64,000 nucleotides of DNA from Candidatus Margulisiibacteriota bacterium (GCA_041661965.1 JBAZTH010000001.1:159360-223359), one strand, 5' to 3'. Shown: positions 8,045-17,068, numbered from the stretch's first letter. Notes: generated by a model not told the origin, from the sequence alone. Numbers and translations are program-made.

Positions 8045-9129
8045 TTTTTATCCTCGGTGTAAAAACCGTCGAGTTCCCAAATCGGTTTAGCGATAAGTTC
8101 TTTCAGCTCTTGGTAGGAGAGGTCCTGCAGGCTGAACCACTCTTCGGTCGCCGGGATATAAATGTCGGCCGAGAATTTCTGGCTGACCACTTTCAGGACC
8201 AGAAGTTTGCCGTGGCTGAACTCCCAGACGTAGATGTAGCCGTTGTTCTTTAACGGGACTTCGCTCATCCACGATTCGTCTATGACCAGCCGCTTAAGTT
8301 CGCTGATCGGGCAAAGTCCGGGATAGGTCAGCTCCAACAGCAAGCGATTGAGCTTCAGGATGTTAAGCTGTTGTTCCGGGGTCAGCTGGGCGAACGGTTT
8401 GTTCCGGTAGTTCCGGGTCAGGTTCACCAAATGCAAGATCTCGGCGCTGACCGGCTTGTCTCCCCAGCGTTTTTTCCAATAGTCGTAGAAATTAGGGGTT
8501 CGAAGTATTTCTTTAAGATAGGTTAGGGTCCCGATGGGAGATTTTAGTTTCATCCCATATTGGTCGTTGACGATGGCGGTCGATAGGGCTCTTAGAGTTT
8601 CTGTTCCCTGTTCGAACTCGTCCTTGGAGAAGTCATACGTCTTCTTTTCTTTGGCCAGTTTTTCGGCCAGTTCCTTTGCTTTGATCTCCGCCTTCAGCCG
8701 TTCGATCTCTTCCCTGGTCTTGACCCGTTTCTTCTTGCCCGGTTTGTTGATCGCCTTGGCGACCTTAAGCGGGGTCTCGATCTCGGTTTTAGGAACGAAA
8801 ACCTTGAATTGTTTGCTCTTTTCCGAGCGGAGGACAAGATATTTTTTGATCACCCGCAAACCGGTGTAGTTGATCTTGAGGATCAGGTATTTTTCGCCGG
8901 CTTTGAGATTGACCCGGGTGGCGAAAGTATTGTCCGGTTGGACTTTTATTTGTTTGTCGTTGATAAAGATCGATTTTAATCCCGGGATCGCCACGCCGGA
9001 AACATCCCCGGAGATCGCCGGGAATTTCTTAATGTCTTCTGCGCTCGGGGCGGCCAGAACTGCTCCCGTCAGAAGGGCCAGTACTAATAGGAAACCTGCG
9101 ACTAAACGTCGCGGTTTCCAGATTTCCAT
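8041..9129 (-). CDS. Secreted/exported hypothetical protein embedded in the gatCAB operon
   Basis: The start ATG overlaps the gatA stop (TAATG) and the stop overlaps the gatB start (ATGA). The N-terminus [28 protein letters not shown] looks like a signal peptide. The longer ORF-track N-terminus (to 9402) lies inside gatA and is rejected. Confidence 0.7.
   Translation of the reverse strand: MEIWKPRRLVAGFLLVLALLTGAVLAAPSAEDIKKFPAISGDVSGVAIPGLKSIFINDKQIKVQPDNTFATRVNLKAGEKYLILKINYTGLRVIKKYLVLRSEKSKQFKVFVPKTEIETPLKVAKAINKPGKKKRVKTREEIERLKAEIKAKELAEKLAKEKKTYDFSKDEFEQGTETLRALSTAIVNDQYGMKLKSPIGTLTYLKEILRTPNFYDYWKKRWGDKPVSAEILHLVNLTRNYRNKPFAQLTPEQQLNILKLNRLLLELTYPGLCPISELKRLVIDESWMSEVPLKNNGYIYVWEFSHGKLLVLKVVSQKFSADIYIPATEEWFSLQDLSYQELKELIAKPIWELDGFYTEDKK
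9090..9119 (-). repeat. Bulged-hairpin repeat (REP-like family), copy inside CDS
   Basis: GGAAACCTGCGACTAAACGTCGCGGTTTCC is identical to 38438-38467. Confidence 0.85.
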
Positions 9130-10577
9130 TAAAGTTTTGCTTTTTGAGTGTGCCATTTGGTGTTTTGCTCGTAGGTGAACGCGACTCTTAAAATTGTTTC
9201 TTCGGCGAAAGGCTGGCCAATGATCTGCAGGCCGATCGGCAGGTTCCCGCTCATTCCGCAGGGGAGCGATAAGGCGGGGAGTCCCGCCAAATTGACCGGG
9301 ATGGTGGCGATGTCCGACAGGTACATGGCCAGCGGATCGGCGGTCTTTTCCCCGACTTTGAAGGCGACGGTCGGGGAGGTCGGGGAGATCAGGACGTCGC
9401 ACTGGCCGAGCGCCCGGTCAAAATCCTGTTTGATCAAGGTCCTGACTTTTAGCGCTTTTAAGTAATAAGCGTCATAGTAACCGGCCGAGAGGGCGTAAGT
9501 GCCGATCATGATCCGGCGTTTGACCTCCGGACCGAACCCGGCGCGGCGGGTCTCGCAATACATCGAGAGGAGATCTTTGGCGGCGGCCCGTTGGCCGTAT
9601 TTGACCCCGTCGAAACGGGCAAGGTTGGAGCTGGCTTCAGCCGGCGCTAACAGGTAATAAGTTGAGACCGCGTATTCAAATGAGGGGAGCTCGACTTCAA
9701 CGATCTCCGCCCCCAGGTTAGCAAAAGTGTCGGCGGCCGCTTTGACCGCTTGTTTTACTTCCGGCGCGATCCCCGCGCCGAGCAAATTGGTGATCAGGCC
9801 GATCTTGACCCCTTTGACGTCGTCAACCAGCGCTTGCCGGTAGTCGGGGACCGGCCGGTCAACCGAGGTCGCGTCTTTTTCGTCCCGGCCAGCGATGACG
9901 TTAAGTAAGAGGGCGCTGTCGGTCACGTCTTTGGTTAGCGGGCCGATTTGGTCGAGCGAGGAAGCAAAGGCGACCAGGCCGTAACGGGAAACCCGACCGT
10001 AAGTCGGCTTCAGGCCGACCACGCCGCAAAAAGAAGCGGGCTGGCGGATCGAACCGCCGGTGTCGGAACCGAGGGCGAGGACCGCTTCATCAGCGGCGAC
10101 CGCGGCGGCGGAACCGCCCGAAGAGCCGCCCGGGACCGTGTCCAGATCCCAAGGGTTGCGGGTCGGATAAATAGCGGAGTTTTCCGTCGAGGAGCCCATG
10201 GCGAATTCGTCCATGTTCGCTTTGCCGATGATTACCGCTCCCGCCGCTTTCAGCCGGGAGACGATAGTCGCGTCGTAGGGGGGGAGGTAATTGCCGAGGA
10301 TCTTGGAGCCGCAGGTGGTCAGGACCCCTTGGGTGCACATATTATCTTTGACCGCGACCGGGATCCCGGTCAGCGGCGTGATATTCTCGCCTGATTTTAA
10401 GCGGGCGTCCGCCGTCCGGGCCTGCCGGATCGCTTCTTCTTTAGTCAGCGTAACGTAAGCTTTGACTTTGTCTTCGACCCGATTGATCCGTTCAAAAACC
10501 GCTTCGGTCAGTTCCAGCGAGCTGACTTGTTTGCCGGAGAGCAGGGCGTGAAGCTCATGCGCGGTTTTTTTGTTCAT
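9129..10577 (-). CDS. gatA: Glu-tRNA(Gln) amidotransferase subunit A
   Basis: 482 aa with the amidase signature [12 protein letters not shown]. Confidence 0.95.
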   Translation of the reverse strand: MNKKTAHELHALLSGKQVSSLELTEAVFERINRVEDKVKAYVTLTKEEAIRQARTADARLKSGENITPLTGIPVAVKDNMCTQGVLTTCGSKILGNYLPPYDATIVSRLKAAGAVIIGKANMDEFAMGSSTENSAIYPTRNPWDLDTVPGGSSGGSAAAVAADEAVLALGSDTGGSIRQPASFCGVVGLKPTYGRVSRYGLVAFASSLDQIGPLTKDVTDSALLLNVIAGRDEKDATSVDRPVPDYRQALVDDVKGVKIGLITNLLGAGIAPEVKQAVKAAADTFANLGAEIVEVELPSFEYAVSTYYLLAPAEASSNLARFDGVKYGQRAAAKDLLSMYCETRRAGFGPEVKRRIMIGTYALSAGYYDAYYLKALKVRTLIKQDFDRALGQCDVLISPTSPTVAFKVGEKTADPLAMYLSDIATIPVNLAGLPALSLPCGMSGNLPIGLQIIGQPFAEETILRVAFTYEQNTKWHTQKAKL

Positions 10578-10852
10578 TCGACGATCCTTGGGACCCGGAA
10601 CATGTGGTCGGCAACGTCTGGCGCGTTGGCCAGAATGTCGTCGACGTTCGAGCAGGGGACGACTTTATCGTCACGCAGAATGTTTTTTACCGGAATGGCG
10701 TGGGAAGTCGGCGGGATATTATTGGTGTCCAGTTTATTGAGGTTTTCCGCGTAACCAAGGATTGCCGAGAGCTGCGGGCCAAAGAGTTTTTTTTCTTCTT
10801 CCGCTAAACCTAAGCGGGCCAGTTTTGCTACGTGTTCGACATCAATTTGCAT
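10574..10852 (-). CDS. gatC: Glu-tRNA(Gln) amidotransferase subunit C
   Basis: 92 aa, beginning [12 protein letters not shown]. It shows a 4-nt overlap with gatA. TGATATAAT-N6-ATG lies upstream. Confidence 0.9.
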   Translation of the reverse strand: MQIDVEHVAKLARLGLAEEEKKLFGPQLSAILGYAENLNKLDTNNIPPTSHAIPVKNILRDDKVVPCSNVDDILANAPDVADHMFRVPRIVE

Positions 10853-10858
10853 GAACTT

Positions 10859-10867
10859 ATTATATCA
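10859..10867 (-). promoter_or_regulatory. Extended -10 box, leaderless-type, for gatC
   Basis: On the minus strand, TGATATAAT lies 6 nt before the ATG at 10852. It overlaps the stop codon of the kinase gene at 10865. Confidence 0.5.
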
Positions 10868-12145
10868 AGTCTGCATGGGAAGGGCAAAATTAAAAACAGC
10901 CCCTTGGCCGTGACCGCCGGAAACGACCCAGATCCGGCCGCCGTGCGCTTCGACTATTGATTTGCAGAGGGCAAGTCCCAGTCCGGTCCCTTTCCGTTCG
11001 GCCGATTCTTTGCTCGCCCGATAGAACTTATCGAAAATATGCGTGAGGTCTTTTTGTTCGATCCCCAGGCCTTCGTCCCGAACGGCGACATTCATCTCCA
11101 GCGCGACCAGGCTGATGGAGATAAAAATCTTTCCCCCTTTGTCGGAAAACTTGATCGCGTTGGAAAGGAGATTAATAAAAACTTCGTGAATCTTGTCTTC
11201 GTCGATCTTAATCAGGGGGAGGCTTGGTTCGAATTCCTTGACCATGGTCAGTTCGTGCGACTGGAGAAGCGGCTCGACCTCTTCCAGAGCGTGTTCCGCT
11301 ATCTCCCGGAGATCGGCGTCGGTTTTATTTAATTTGACCTTGCCCGATTCGATCCGGGCGAGGTTGAGCAGGTCGTTGGCCATGTTCAGGATCCGTTGGG
11401 CCTGTCGCTTGATCACTCCCAGCGGCTCCCTTTGGAAATCGGCCGGGTTCTTATCGTTTAAGAGATCGGTGTAACCGAGGATCGAGGTCAGGGGGGTTTT
11501 GGTCTCATGGATGACCATGTTCATGAATTCGACCTGGGCGCCGGAGAGCGTTTCGATCAGTTTTTGCTTGTCGCGTAAACGACCCGAAAGATAGGCGACG
11601 ATGTAAATTATCAGGATGGAGGAGAAGAAAAGCCCCATTGCTTTGGCATTAACGTAAGGGACGCTAAGAAAGAGGGTCCCCGGATGGACCACCAATCGAT
11701 AATGCGGGATAATTAGATAAGCCTCCAGGATGCAGTTTATCCAATAAAAAGCAGCGGTCTGGACGGAGAGGATATAAGCGATGAACTCGAAATTATACAC
11801 GGCGATCGCGGCGAATTCGATCAAATAGAAAAAGCCGAAGGGGCTTTCCACTCCGCCGGTGAAATGGATCAAAATGGTGACGACCAGGATATCGGCTGAA
11901 GCCCGAAAATAAGTGAAAATTTGATTCTCCGAAAAAAACGGGAGCTGTCGGACCAGAAAAGGAAAAATTAAATTATATAGAGCGGCAATGCCGATGATGA
12001 GGAGAGATGGGATAATCGGGATTTGGAGCCGACTTAGGTAAGTCGACATTATGAGGATCAGGAACATGAAAACGATAGCGTACCAGCGGAGCCGAACAAA
12101 CCAGAGAACCACCTGCTGTTTTTCGCTCAATGACTTTTTTTTCAT
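10865..12145 (-). CDS. Membrane sensor histidine kinase
   Basis: The N-terminal half has multiple TM segments. The HisKA H-box is HETKTPLTSILG. HATPase N and G boxes (GTGLGLALCK) are present. Confidence 0.85.
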   Translation of the reverse strand: MKKKSLSEKQQVVLWFVRLRWYAIVFMFLILIMSTYLSRLQIPIIPSLLIIGIAALYNLIFPFLVRQLPFFSENQIFTYFRASADILVVTILIHFTGGVESPFGFFYLIEFAAIAVYNFEFIAYILSVQTAAFYWINCILEAYLIIPHYRLVVHPGTLFLSVPYVNAKAMGLFFSSILIIYIVAYLSGRLRDKQKLIETLSGAQVEFMNMVIHETKTPLTSILGYTDLLNDKNPADFQREPLGVIKRQAQRILNMANDLLNLARIESGKVKLNKTDADLREIAEHALEEVEPLLQSHELTMVKEFEPSLPLIKIDEDKIHEVFINLLSNAIKFSDKGGKIFISISLVALEMNVAVRDEGLGIEQKDLTHIFDKFYRASKESAERKGTGLGLALCKSIVEAHGGRIWVVSGGHGQGAVFNFALPMQT

Positions 12146-12153
12146 CTGCCCGA

Positions 12154-12182
12154 ATTATAACCCTAGATCTTAGCGCTGGCAA
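12154..12182 (-). promoter_or_regulatory. Promoter of the histidine kinase gene
   Basis: On the minus strand: TTGCCA-N17-TATAAT-N8-ATG. Confidence 0.55.
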
Positions 12183-12220
12183 CGGGGGAAAGAGGCGGGC
12201 GAGACGGGTTGGGCCGCAAG

Positions 12221-13240
12221 TTAGGCTTTGAACGGTGGGACAGAGGTTTTCCGAACGATTAACTCGGTCGGCAATGTGTGCCGGTAGGCCGATTTGGCGG
12301 GATTGGCGATAATCTCGGCCAGGACATCGACCGCGACCCGGCCGAGCTGTTCCAGGTCGACGCGGGCGCTGGTCAATTGCGGTTTGTAAGGTTCGATGAA
12401 ATCCGGGAACGGGAGGTCATCAAAACCGGTCACGGAGATATCTTGAGGGACCCTGATCCCTTTTTCCTGCAATAATTGGATGGCGGTATAAGCGATCGCG
12501 TCGCAGGCGCAGACTATCGCCGTCGGCCGCTCAAGCTGAGCGAGCAGTTTTCCGACCGCCGCCGCGACCGTGCTTAGATCATAGAAGTTGGCTTGAGCGA
12601 TCGAGCGCTCATTGAACGCCAGCCCTGCCTCGGCCAGCGCGAACCGGTAGCCGTCAAGCCGGTCGGAGGTGATCGGGTCGAACAGAGGTCCGCCGGTGAT
12701 CGTGGTTATCTTTTTATGGCCCAGGTCGAGCAGATGCCTGGTGACTGCGTAAATGCCCGCTCGTCCGTCAGGCACCACGGTGTGCAGCTCCACGCCCGGG
12801 ATCGGATTACCGCATAAGACCAGCGGCAGGTTTTCCTGTTTTAGCCGCATGACGTTCTCTCTGGTAAACCGGCCGATCAGGACCAGTCCGTCGACCAGCC
12901 CTTTGGTGACCATGGACGGCAGAAGATCGTCGTCGGCCTCGAACGAGCCGATGAGCGTATTGATCTTTTTCCGGTGGGCATACTGCAACAGGCTGGTGGT
13001 CACGAAGTTGTAAAAACCGCCGAGAGTGATATAGAAACTCTCTCCCAATATGCCGATAGCGTTATTCCGCCCCTTTTTGTATTTTTTTCGCACGTAGCCA
13101 GATTCGTTGCAGAGTTCAAATACCCGCTGGCGGGTTTTTCTGTTGATAAGCTTGGGATTATTGAACGCCTGGGAGACCGTGGCGGGCGATAGTCCCAGTT
13201 TGCGGGCGATGTCTTTTAATCTGATCTGTTTGGCCATCAT
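12221..13240 (-). CDS. LacI-family transcriptional regulator
   Basis: The N-terminal HTH is IRLKDIARKLGLSPATVSQAFNN, followed by a periplasmic-binding-like fold. Confidence 0.9.
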   Translation of the reverse strand: MMAKQIRLKDIARKLGLSPATVSQAFNNPKLINRKTRQRVFELCNESGYVRKKYKKGRNNAIGILGESFYITLGGFYNFVTTSLLQYAHRKKINTLIGSFEADDDLLPSMVTKGLVDGLVLIGRFTRENVMRLKQENLPLVLCGNPIPGVELHTVVPDGRAGIYAVTRHLLDLGHKKITTITGGPLFDPITSDRLDGYRFALAEAGLAFNERSIAQANFYDLSTVAAAVGKLLAQLERPTAIVCACDAIAYTAIQLLQEKGIRVPQDISVTGFDDLPFPDFIEPYKPQLTSARVDLEQLGRVAVDVLAEIIANPAKSAYRHTLPTELIVRKTSVPPFKA

Positions 13241-13464
13241 AGATTAATCGATCGTTTGGGGTAAAAATTTCACAATAATTTAATATAATATTTAAATAAA
13301 TTTAGACGATTATTTAAAATCGGACAATTATTTATAGTGGCAATAAAGCCAAAAACAAACAAGTCTGGCCTTGGCTGTCGATTATTCTATGAAATCGGTT
13401 AAAACAAATTTACGATAAGTAGCTGTGAGTGATGAAACTCAAATTTAACAGGAGGGTGATTGGA

Positions 13465-14382
13465 ATGATCAGGGGAATAAGGCCGAAACAGAATGTTTTA
13501 ATGAGGAAATTGTCGGTGACATGGATGGAAAGGGATCAATGGAGAGCTGATGGCCCGATGAAAATAGCAGCTCATCAGGCGATCGATCGTTTAAGGACTC
13601 CGAAGGTTTTAACGAAAATCAACCGGGTGCTGTCGGGGTATAGTCTCCGCTGGGAACCGCCTCTGGCTGATCGGAGGAAACGGGGAGGCGTCAAAGTTTC
13701 TGGCGAAACCAGGACCGTCGGCGATCTACTGTGGCTTGCATCCGAGTTCGATCATGGGGCCTGGCGGGTATTGAGCATTATCGTGCAGGACAATCTTGCG
13801 CTTTATGAGGAACGGCCGTGGTTAAGCGAATGGGGAACGACGATTGGCAAAATACCGGGGCCGGTGCTGTTGATGGCGGACAATAAGATCTGCAGAACAT
13901 TGGAACTGGCAGGTTTGCGAGCGGTTAAGCTGGCCGGGGAAGAGCTCGGTTCGTTAAGCAGCGGCAAGCTGGATAATATCGCCGGGTACGCGGTCAGCGC
14001 TACTGGCCGGATCCTGGCCAACTGGGAGAACGTCCAGCGGATCATGACCGTGATCGGGCTGGTCTCGAGGGTTAAAGTCCGTTTGCCGTATTCTGTTAGC
14101 GATGATCTCGCTTCGATACGGCACTTTTATCAGAGGGTTGAAAGCGAAGCGCCCGGTTTTTGGCAGGGGGTCTCCTCTGTGTTTTATAGCGGGCCATTTT
14201 CCAAATACTCTTCCGGCAATCGCTGTTGGCCGTTACGCGAAACCTACTCGCTGGATGTGACCAGGATCGATCAGGGGCATACGGGACGGTTATCGGAAGT
14301 GGCGGTCGTGCCTGAAACCATGAAGCTGAAACAAATAGCCGCCGGCGAGGACATTGATGAATTGATCGAAGCAGGCTGGTAG
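13465..14382 (+). CDS. Hypothetical protein (about 305 aa)
   Basis: The ORF is open from 13429. I prefer the ATG at 13465 because AGGAGGG lies 8 nt upstream. No recognisable motif. Confidence 0.55.
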   Translation: MIRGIRPKQNVLMRKLSVTWMERDQWRADGPMKIAAHQAIDRLRTPKVLTKINRVLSGYSLRWEPPLADRRKRGGVKVSGETRTVGDLLWLASEFDHGAWRVLSIIVQDNLALYEERPWLSEWGTTIGKIPGPVLLMADNKICRTLELAGLRAVKLAGEELGSLSSGKLDNIAGYAVSATGRILANWENVQRIMTVIGLVSRVKVRLPYSVSDDLASIRHFYQRVESEAPGFWQGVSSVFYSGPFSKYSSGNRCWPLRETYSLDVTRIDQGHTGRLSEVAVVPETMKLKQIAAGEDIDELIEAGW

Positions 14383-14435
14383 GCGGTTACTTTTTTTTCT
14401 TGATAGAGGAGTCGACCGGCGGCTTGGTCATAACG

Positions 14436-15500
14436 CTACAACTTCAGGCTGGCAACAGGGGAAAGCTGAAATGACAAATGACCAATGTCAAATGACAAAT
14501 TAAGGTATTTATAATAAGCGGCGGCGCCGATCATGGCGGCGTTATCGGTGCAGTATTCAAAAGGTGGGATGTGGACCGTTATCCCTTTGGCCTCTGCCTT
14601 GGCCTTTAGTTCTTGTCGTAAAGCCGAGTTGGCCGAGACTCCGCCGGCAAGGGCGATCGTCTTGCAGTGGTGAAGTTCGGCCGCCTTGAGACTTTTTCCC
14701 ACCAGAACGTCGACGACCGTTTGCTGGAACGAAGCGCAAAGGTCGGCAAGCGTGGTCCCGCTGGAAAAAGATTCTATTCCTCCCGCTTTGTTGACGAGAT
14801 TGACGACTCCGGTTTTCAGGCCGCTGAAACTGAAGTCGAGACCGTATTCATCTTCCAGCATCGGCCGTTTGAATTGAATGGCGTTGGGATTTCCTTCCTT
14901 GGCTAATTTATCGATGATCGGGCCGCCGGGGTAACCGATCTTCAGGAAGCGGGCAATCTTGTCGTATGCTTCCCCCGCCGCGTCATCCCTGGTCCGGCCG
15001 ATCGTCTCGTAGCTGCCATGCCCCTTCACTAATACAAGGGAAGTGTGTCCGCCGCTGACGAGCAAGGTGATGAAGGGAAAGACAGGTAGGGACAGGGAGT
15101 AGGAGGGAGTAGCGAGGAAGTTAGCGTAGATATGCCCCTCTAGGTGGTTGATCCCGATCAGCGGTTTTTTTAGAGCATAGGCGAGCGCTTTGGCGGCCGA
15201 GACCCCGACGATCAAAGAGCCGACCAAACCGGGACCGTAGGTAACAGCGACCGCATCGATCTCTTTTAAAGTAATTTTCGCCCGGTCGAGGGCGTCCTGG
15301 ATAATCAGGGAGATGATCTCGGCGTGGAGCCGGGAGGCGATCTCCGGGACGATCCCGCCGTATTTCTTGTGAAACTCGATCTGGGAGGCGATGACGTTGG
15401 AGAGAACATTAACCCTTGTCCCGAGCTCCGTCGAGGGACCGTCTTTGACAACGGCGGCGGAAGTTTCATCACAAGAAGTTTCGATGGCTAATATTTTCAT
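14436..15500 (-). CDS. tsaD: tRNA N6-adenosine threonylcarbamoyltransferase
   Basis: Contains ILAIETSCDETS, HLEGH and LVSGGHT motifs. The last ~22 codons are read through repeat DNA (see findings). Confidence 0.92.
   Translation of the reverse strand: MKILAIETSCDETSAAVVKDGPSTELGTRVNVLSNVIASQIEFHKKYGGIVPEIASRLHAEIISLIIQDALDRAKITLKEIDAVAVTYGPGLVGSLIVGVSAAKALAYALKKPLIGINHLEGHIYANFLATPSYSLSLPVFPFITLLVSGGHTSLVLVKGHGSYETIGRTRDDAAGEAYDKIARFLKIGYPGGPIIDKLAKEGNPNAIQFKRPMLEDEYGLDFSFSGLKTGVVNLVNKAGGIESFSSGTTLADLCASFQQTVVDVLVGKSLKAAELHHCKTIALAGGVSANSALRQELKAKAEAKGITVHIPPFEYCTDNAAMIGAAAYYKYLNLSFDIGHLSFQLSPVASLKL
14471..14498. repeat. Four tandem heptamers ATGACAA ATGACCA ATGTCAA ATGACAA
   Basis: Read directly from the sequence. 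The heptamers lie inside the 3' end of the tsaD ORF. Confidence 0.85.
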
Positions 15501-15537
15501 GGCATTGTTAATATCTTAACATACCGCCGATCCTTGG

Positions 15538-15546
15538 TGATATAAT
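15538..15546 (+). promoter_or_regulatory. Extended -10 box, leaderless-type
   Basis: TGATATAAT lies 6 nt before the ATG at 15553. Confidence 0.55.
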
Positions 15547-15552
15547 TCCGGC

Positions 15553-16737
15553 ATGGATCAAAAAAGCAACCTGGAATTTAGCGGGAGTTACTCGCTTAAC
15601 GCGGCTCCGGCGGCGGCCGGCAAATTTGCCTTGCAAGAAGACGGTTTGCGCGTCAAGCCCAAAGAGGGGGCGGCGCTTTTTTACTCTCTGCGCGACATTG
15701 TTGAGTTCTCCGGCGCCGATTACCGCGTTTCTCTCGTTATGTTCTCCGGCGAAAAACTGGTTTTGGCCGAGCTCGGCCATGACTACGAGGACTTTCTGCG
15801 CTTGTTGGCCAAAAAGCGGAACGAGCTTATCATTTCGGACCTGCTGATCAAGGAAAAGGTCCGGCTCGGAGACGTCAAGGCGGAAATGGCCGGCGTTCCT
15901 TGCGAACTTAGAATCTATGAGACCGCCCTGGTTATCATGCCCGATAAAGCCGAACTGATCCGCCTCCCGCTGGCCGACATTGCGGATAACCGCCAAGCCG
16001 ACTATCGTTTGATCGTAAAAACGTTGGCCGGACAGGAATTTATTTTTTCAATGATGGGGAGCTGGCTTGACCCATTCAGCCGGGAGTTGCAAACCGCTTT
16101 GGCGGAACTTAGCCTTAGGGCCCAAACCCTGCTCAAGTCCTTATCGCCCGGGTTAAGCCCGGACGCGCTCCTCCGGCTGGCGGAAATATTTCGCGAAGGG
16201 CGGGGAGCTTCGAAGAGCGAGGTGGAGAAACTGGCCGCCGGTCTCTGGCCGGTCCTGGAGCAAACGCTCTCCGGCGCCGTGGAGCAGGGGGATCTGAAAT
16301 ACCTGTTTTCCTTGGCGGACAGGGAGCGGGTCCAATTCGGTCTTAAGCGCGGGCTTGGCGGCGGCGGCGAAGCCGATTATCTCTGGGCGCTGATCCCCCT
16401 GCCGCAATATAAGGCGGTTGCTTTGGAAGCGGCCTCTTTGAACGCGGAGGCGGAAGAGGGGCGGGCGACCTATTTTTTTCGGGCGGGCGAAGCGGACCTT
16501 ACGCAACTCGTCCGGGCGCTCTGCGAGATCAATTTCCGCCGCGAACCGGTCTATCTCCCGGCGGAAAAATTGGCGGAGCCGGAATATCAGCGCTACAAGT
16601 TCTCCATTGCCAGGTTACCGGGCTTGCGGCTGCTGCGCGAGCGTTTTCTTGGCCGTGCCATTCACTCCGACGCGGAGCAGTGGAAAAATAGTGTGGTAGA
16701 ATTGCTCGGGATCGAACCAAAGAAGGAGGCTTCCTGA
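15553..16737 (+). CDS. Hypothetical protein with two internally repeated ~65-aa N-terminal modules
   Basis: 394 aa. TGATATAAT-N6-ATG lies upstream. Two modules share the pattern L..L.DI....DYR..L....G......G...D.F.R.L. The stop overlaps the next start (TGATG). Confidence 0.65.
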   Translation: MDQKSNLEFSGSYSLNAAPAAAGKFALQEDGLRVKPKEGAALFYSLRDIVEFSGADYRVSLVMFSGEKLVLAELGHDYEDFLRLLAKKRNELIISDLLIKEKVRLGDVKAEMAGVPCELRIYETALVIMPDKAELIRLPLADIADNRQADYRLIVKTLAGQEFIFSMMGSWLDPFSRELQTALAELSLRAQTLLKSLSPGLSPDALLRLAEIFREGRGASKSEVEKLAAGLWPVLEQTLSGAVEQGDLKYLFSLADRERVQFGLKRGLGGGGEADYLWALIPLPQYKAVALEAASLNAEAEEGRATYFFRAGEADLTQLVRALCEINFRREPVYLPAEKLAEPEYQRYKFSIARLPGLRLLRERFLGRAIHSDAEQWKNSVVELLGIEPKKEAS

Positions 16738-17066
16738 TGGCCGGCTATAACGTCCCTTGCCGCTACTGCAACGAACTGATCTCGCCCGACGCCAATGTTT
16801 GTCCCTTATGCGGGAAAGTAAATCCGGTCGGCACGCCGCGCTGTCCCGAATGCCGCAATCCGATCAAGTCCGGCTGGAAAAAGTGCGAGCAGTGCGGCCT
16901 TGACCTGCAGATCGATTGCCCGGCCTGCGGGCAGAAGACCTTTTTTGACGATTACTGTGAAAAGTGCGGAGCGCGGCTGACGATCGTCTGTCCGCACTGC
17001 CGGACCGAACAGCCGCCGCTCGGGGCTTGCGTTAAATGCGGGAAACCGTTCAAGGGAGGGAAATAA
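16737..17066 (+). CDS. Four-fold zinc-ribbon protein
   Basis: 109 aa with eight CxxC pairs arranged as four ribbon units. Confidence 0.7.
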   Translation: MAGYNVPCRYCNELISPDANVCPLCGKVNPVGTPRCPECRNPIKSGWKKCEQCGLDLQIDCPACGQKTFFDDYCEKCGARLTIVCPHCRTEQPPLGACVKCGKPFKGGK

Positions 17067-17068
17067 CA

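Noticed and set aside
9130-9402. ORF-track N-terminal extension of the gatA-gatB insert gene (start at 9402).
   Set aside because: The extension lies inside gatA in another frame and is Arg/Pro-rich nonsense. The ATG at 9129 gives a clean signal peptide and a TAATG coupling junction.
15060-15120. A low-complexity GGGAGTAG-GAGGGAGTAG duplication inside tsaD, encoding ATPSYSLSLPV.
   Set aside because: It is a short in-frame loop expansion in a variable region of TsaD. It does not disrupt catalytic motifs and no structure or function is implied.
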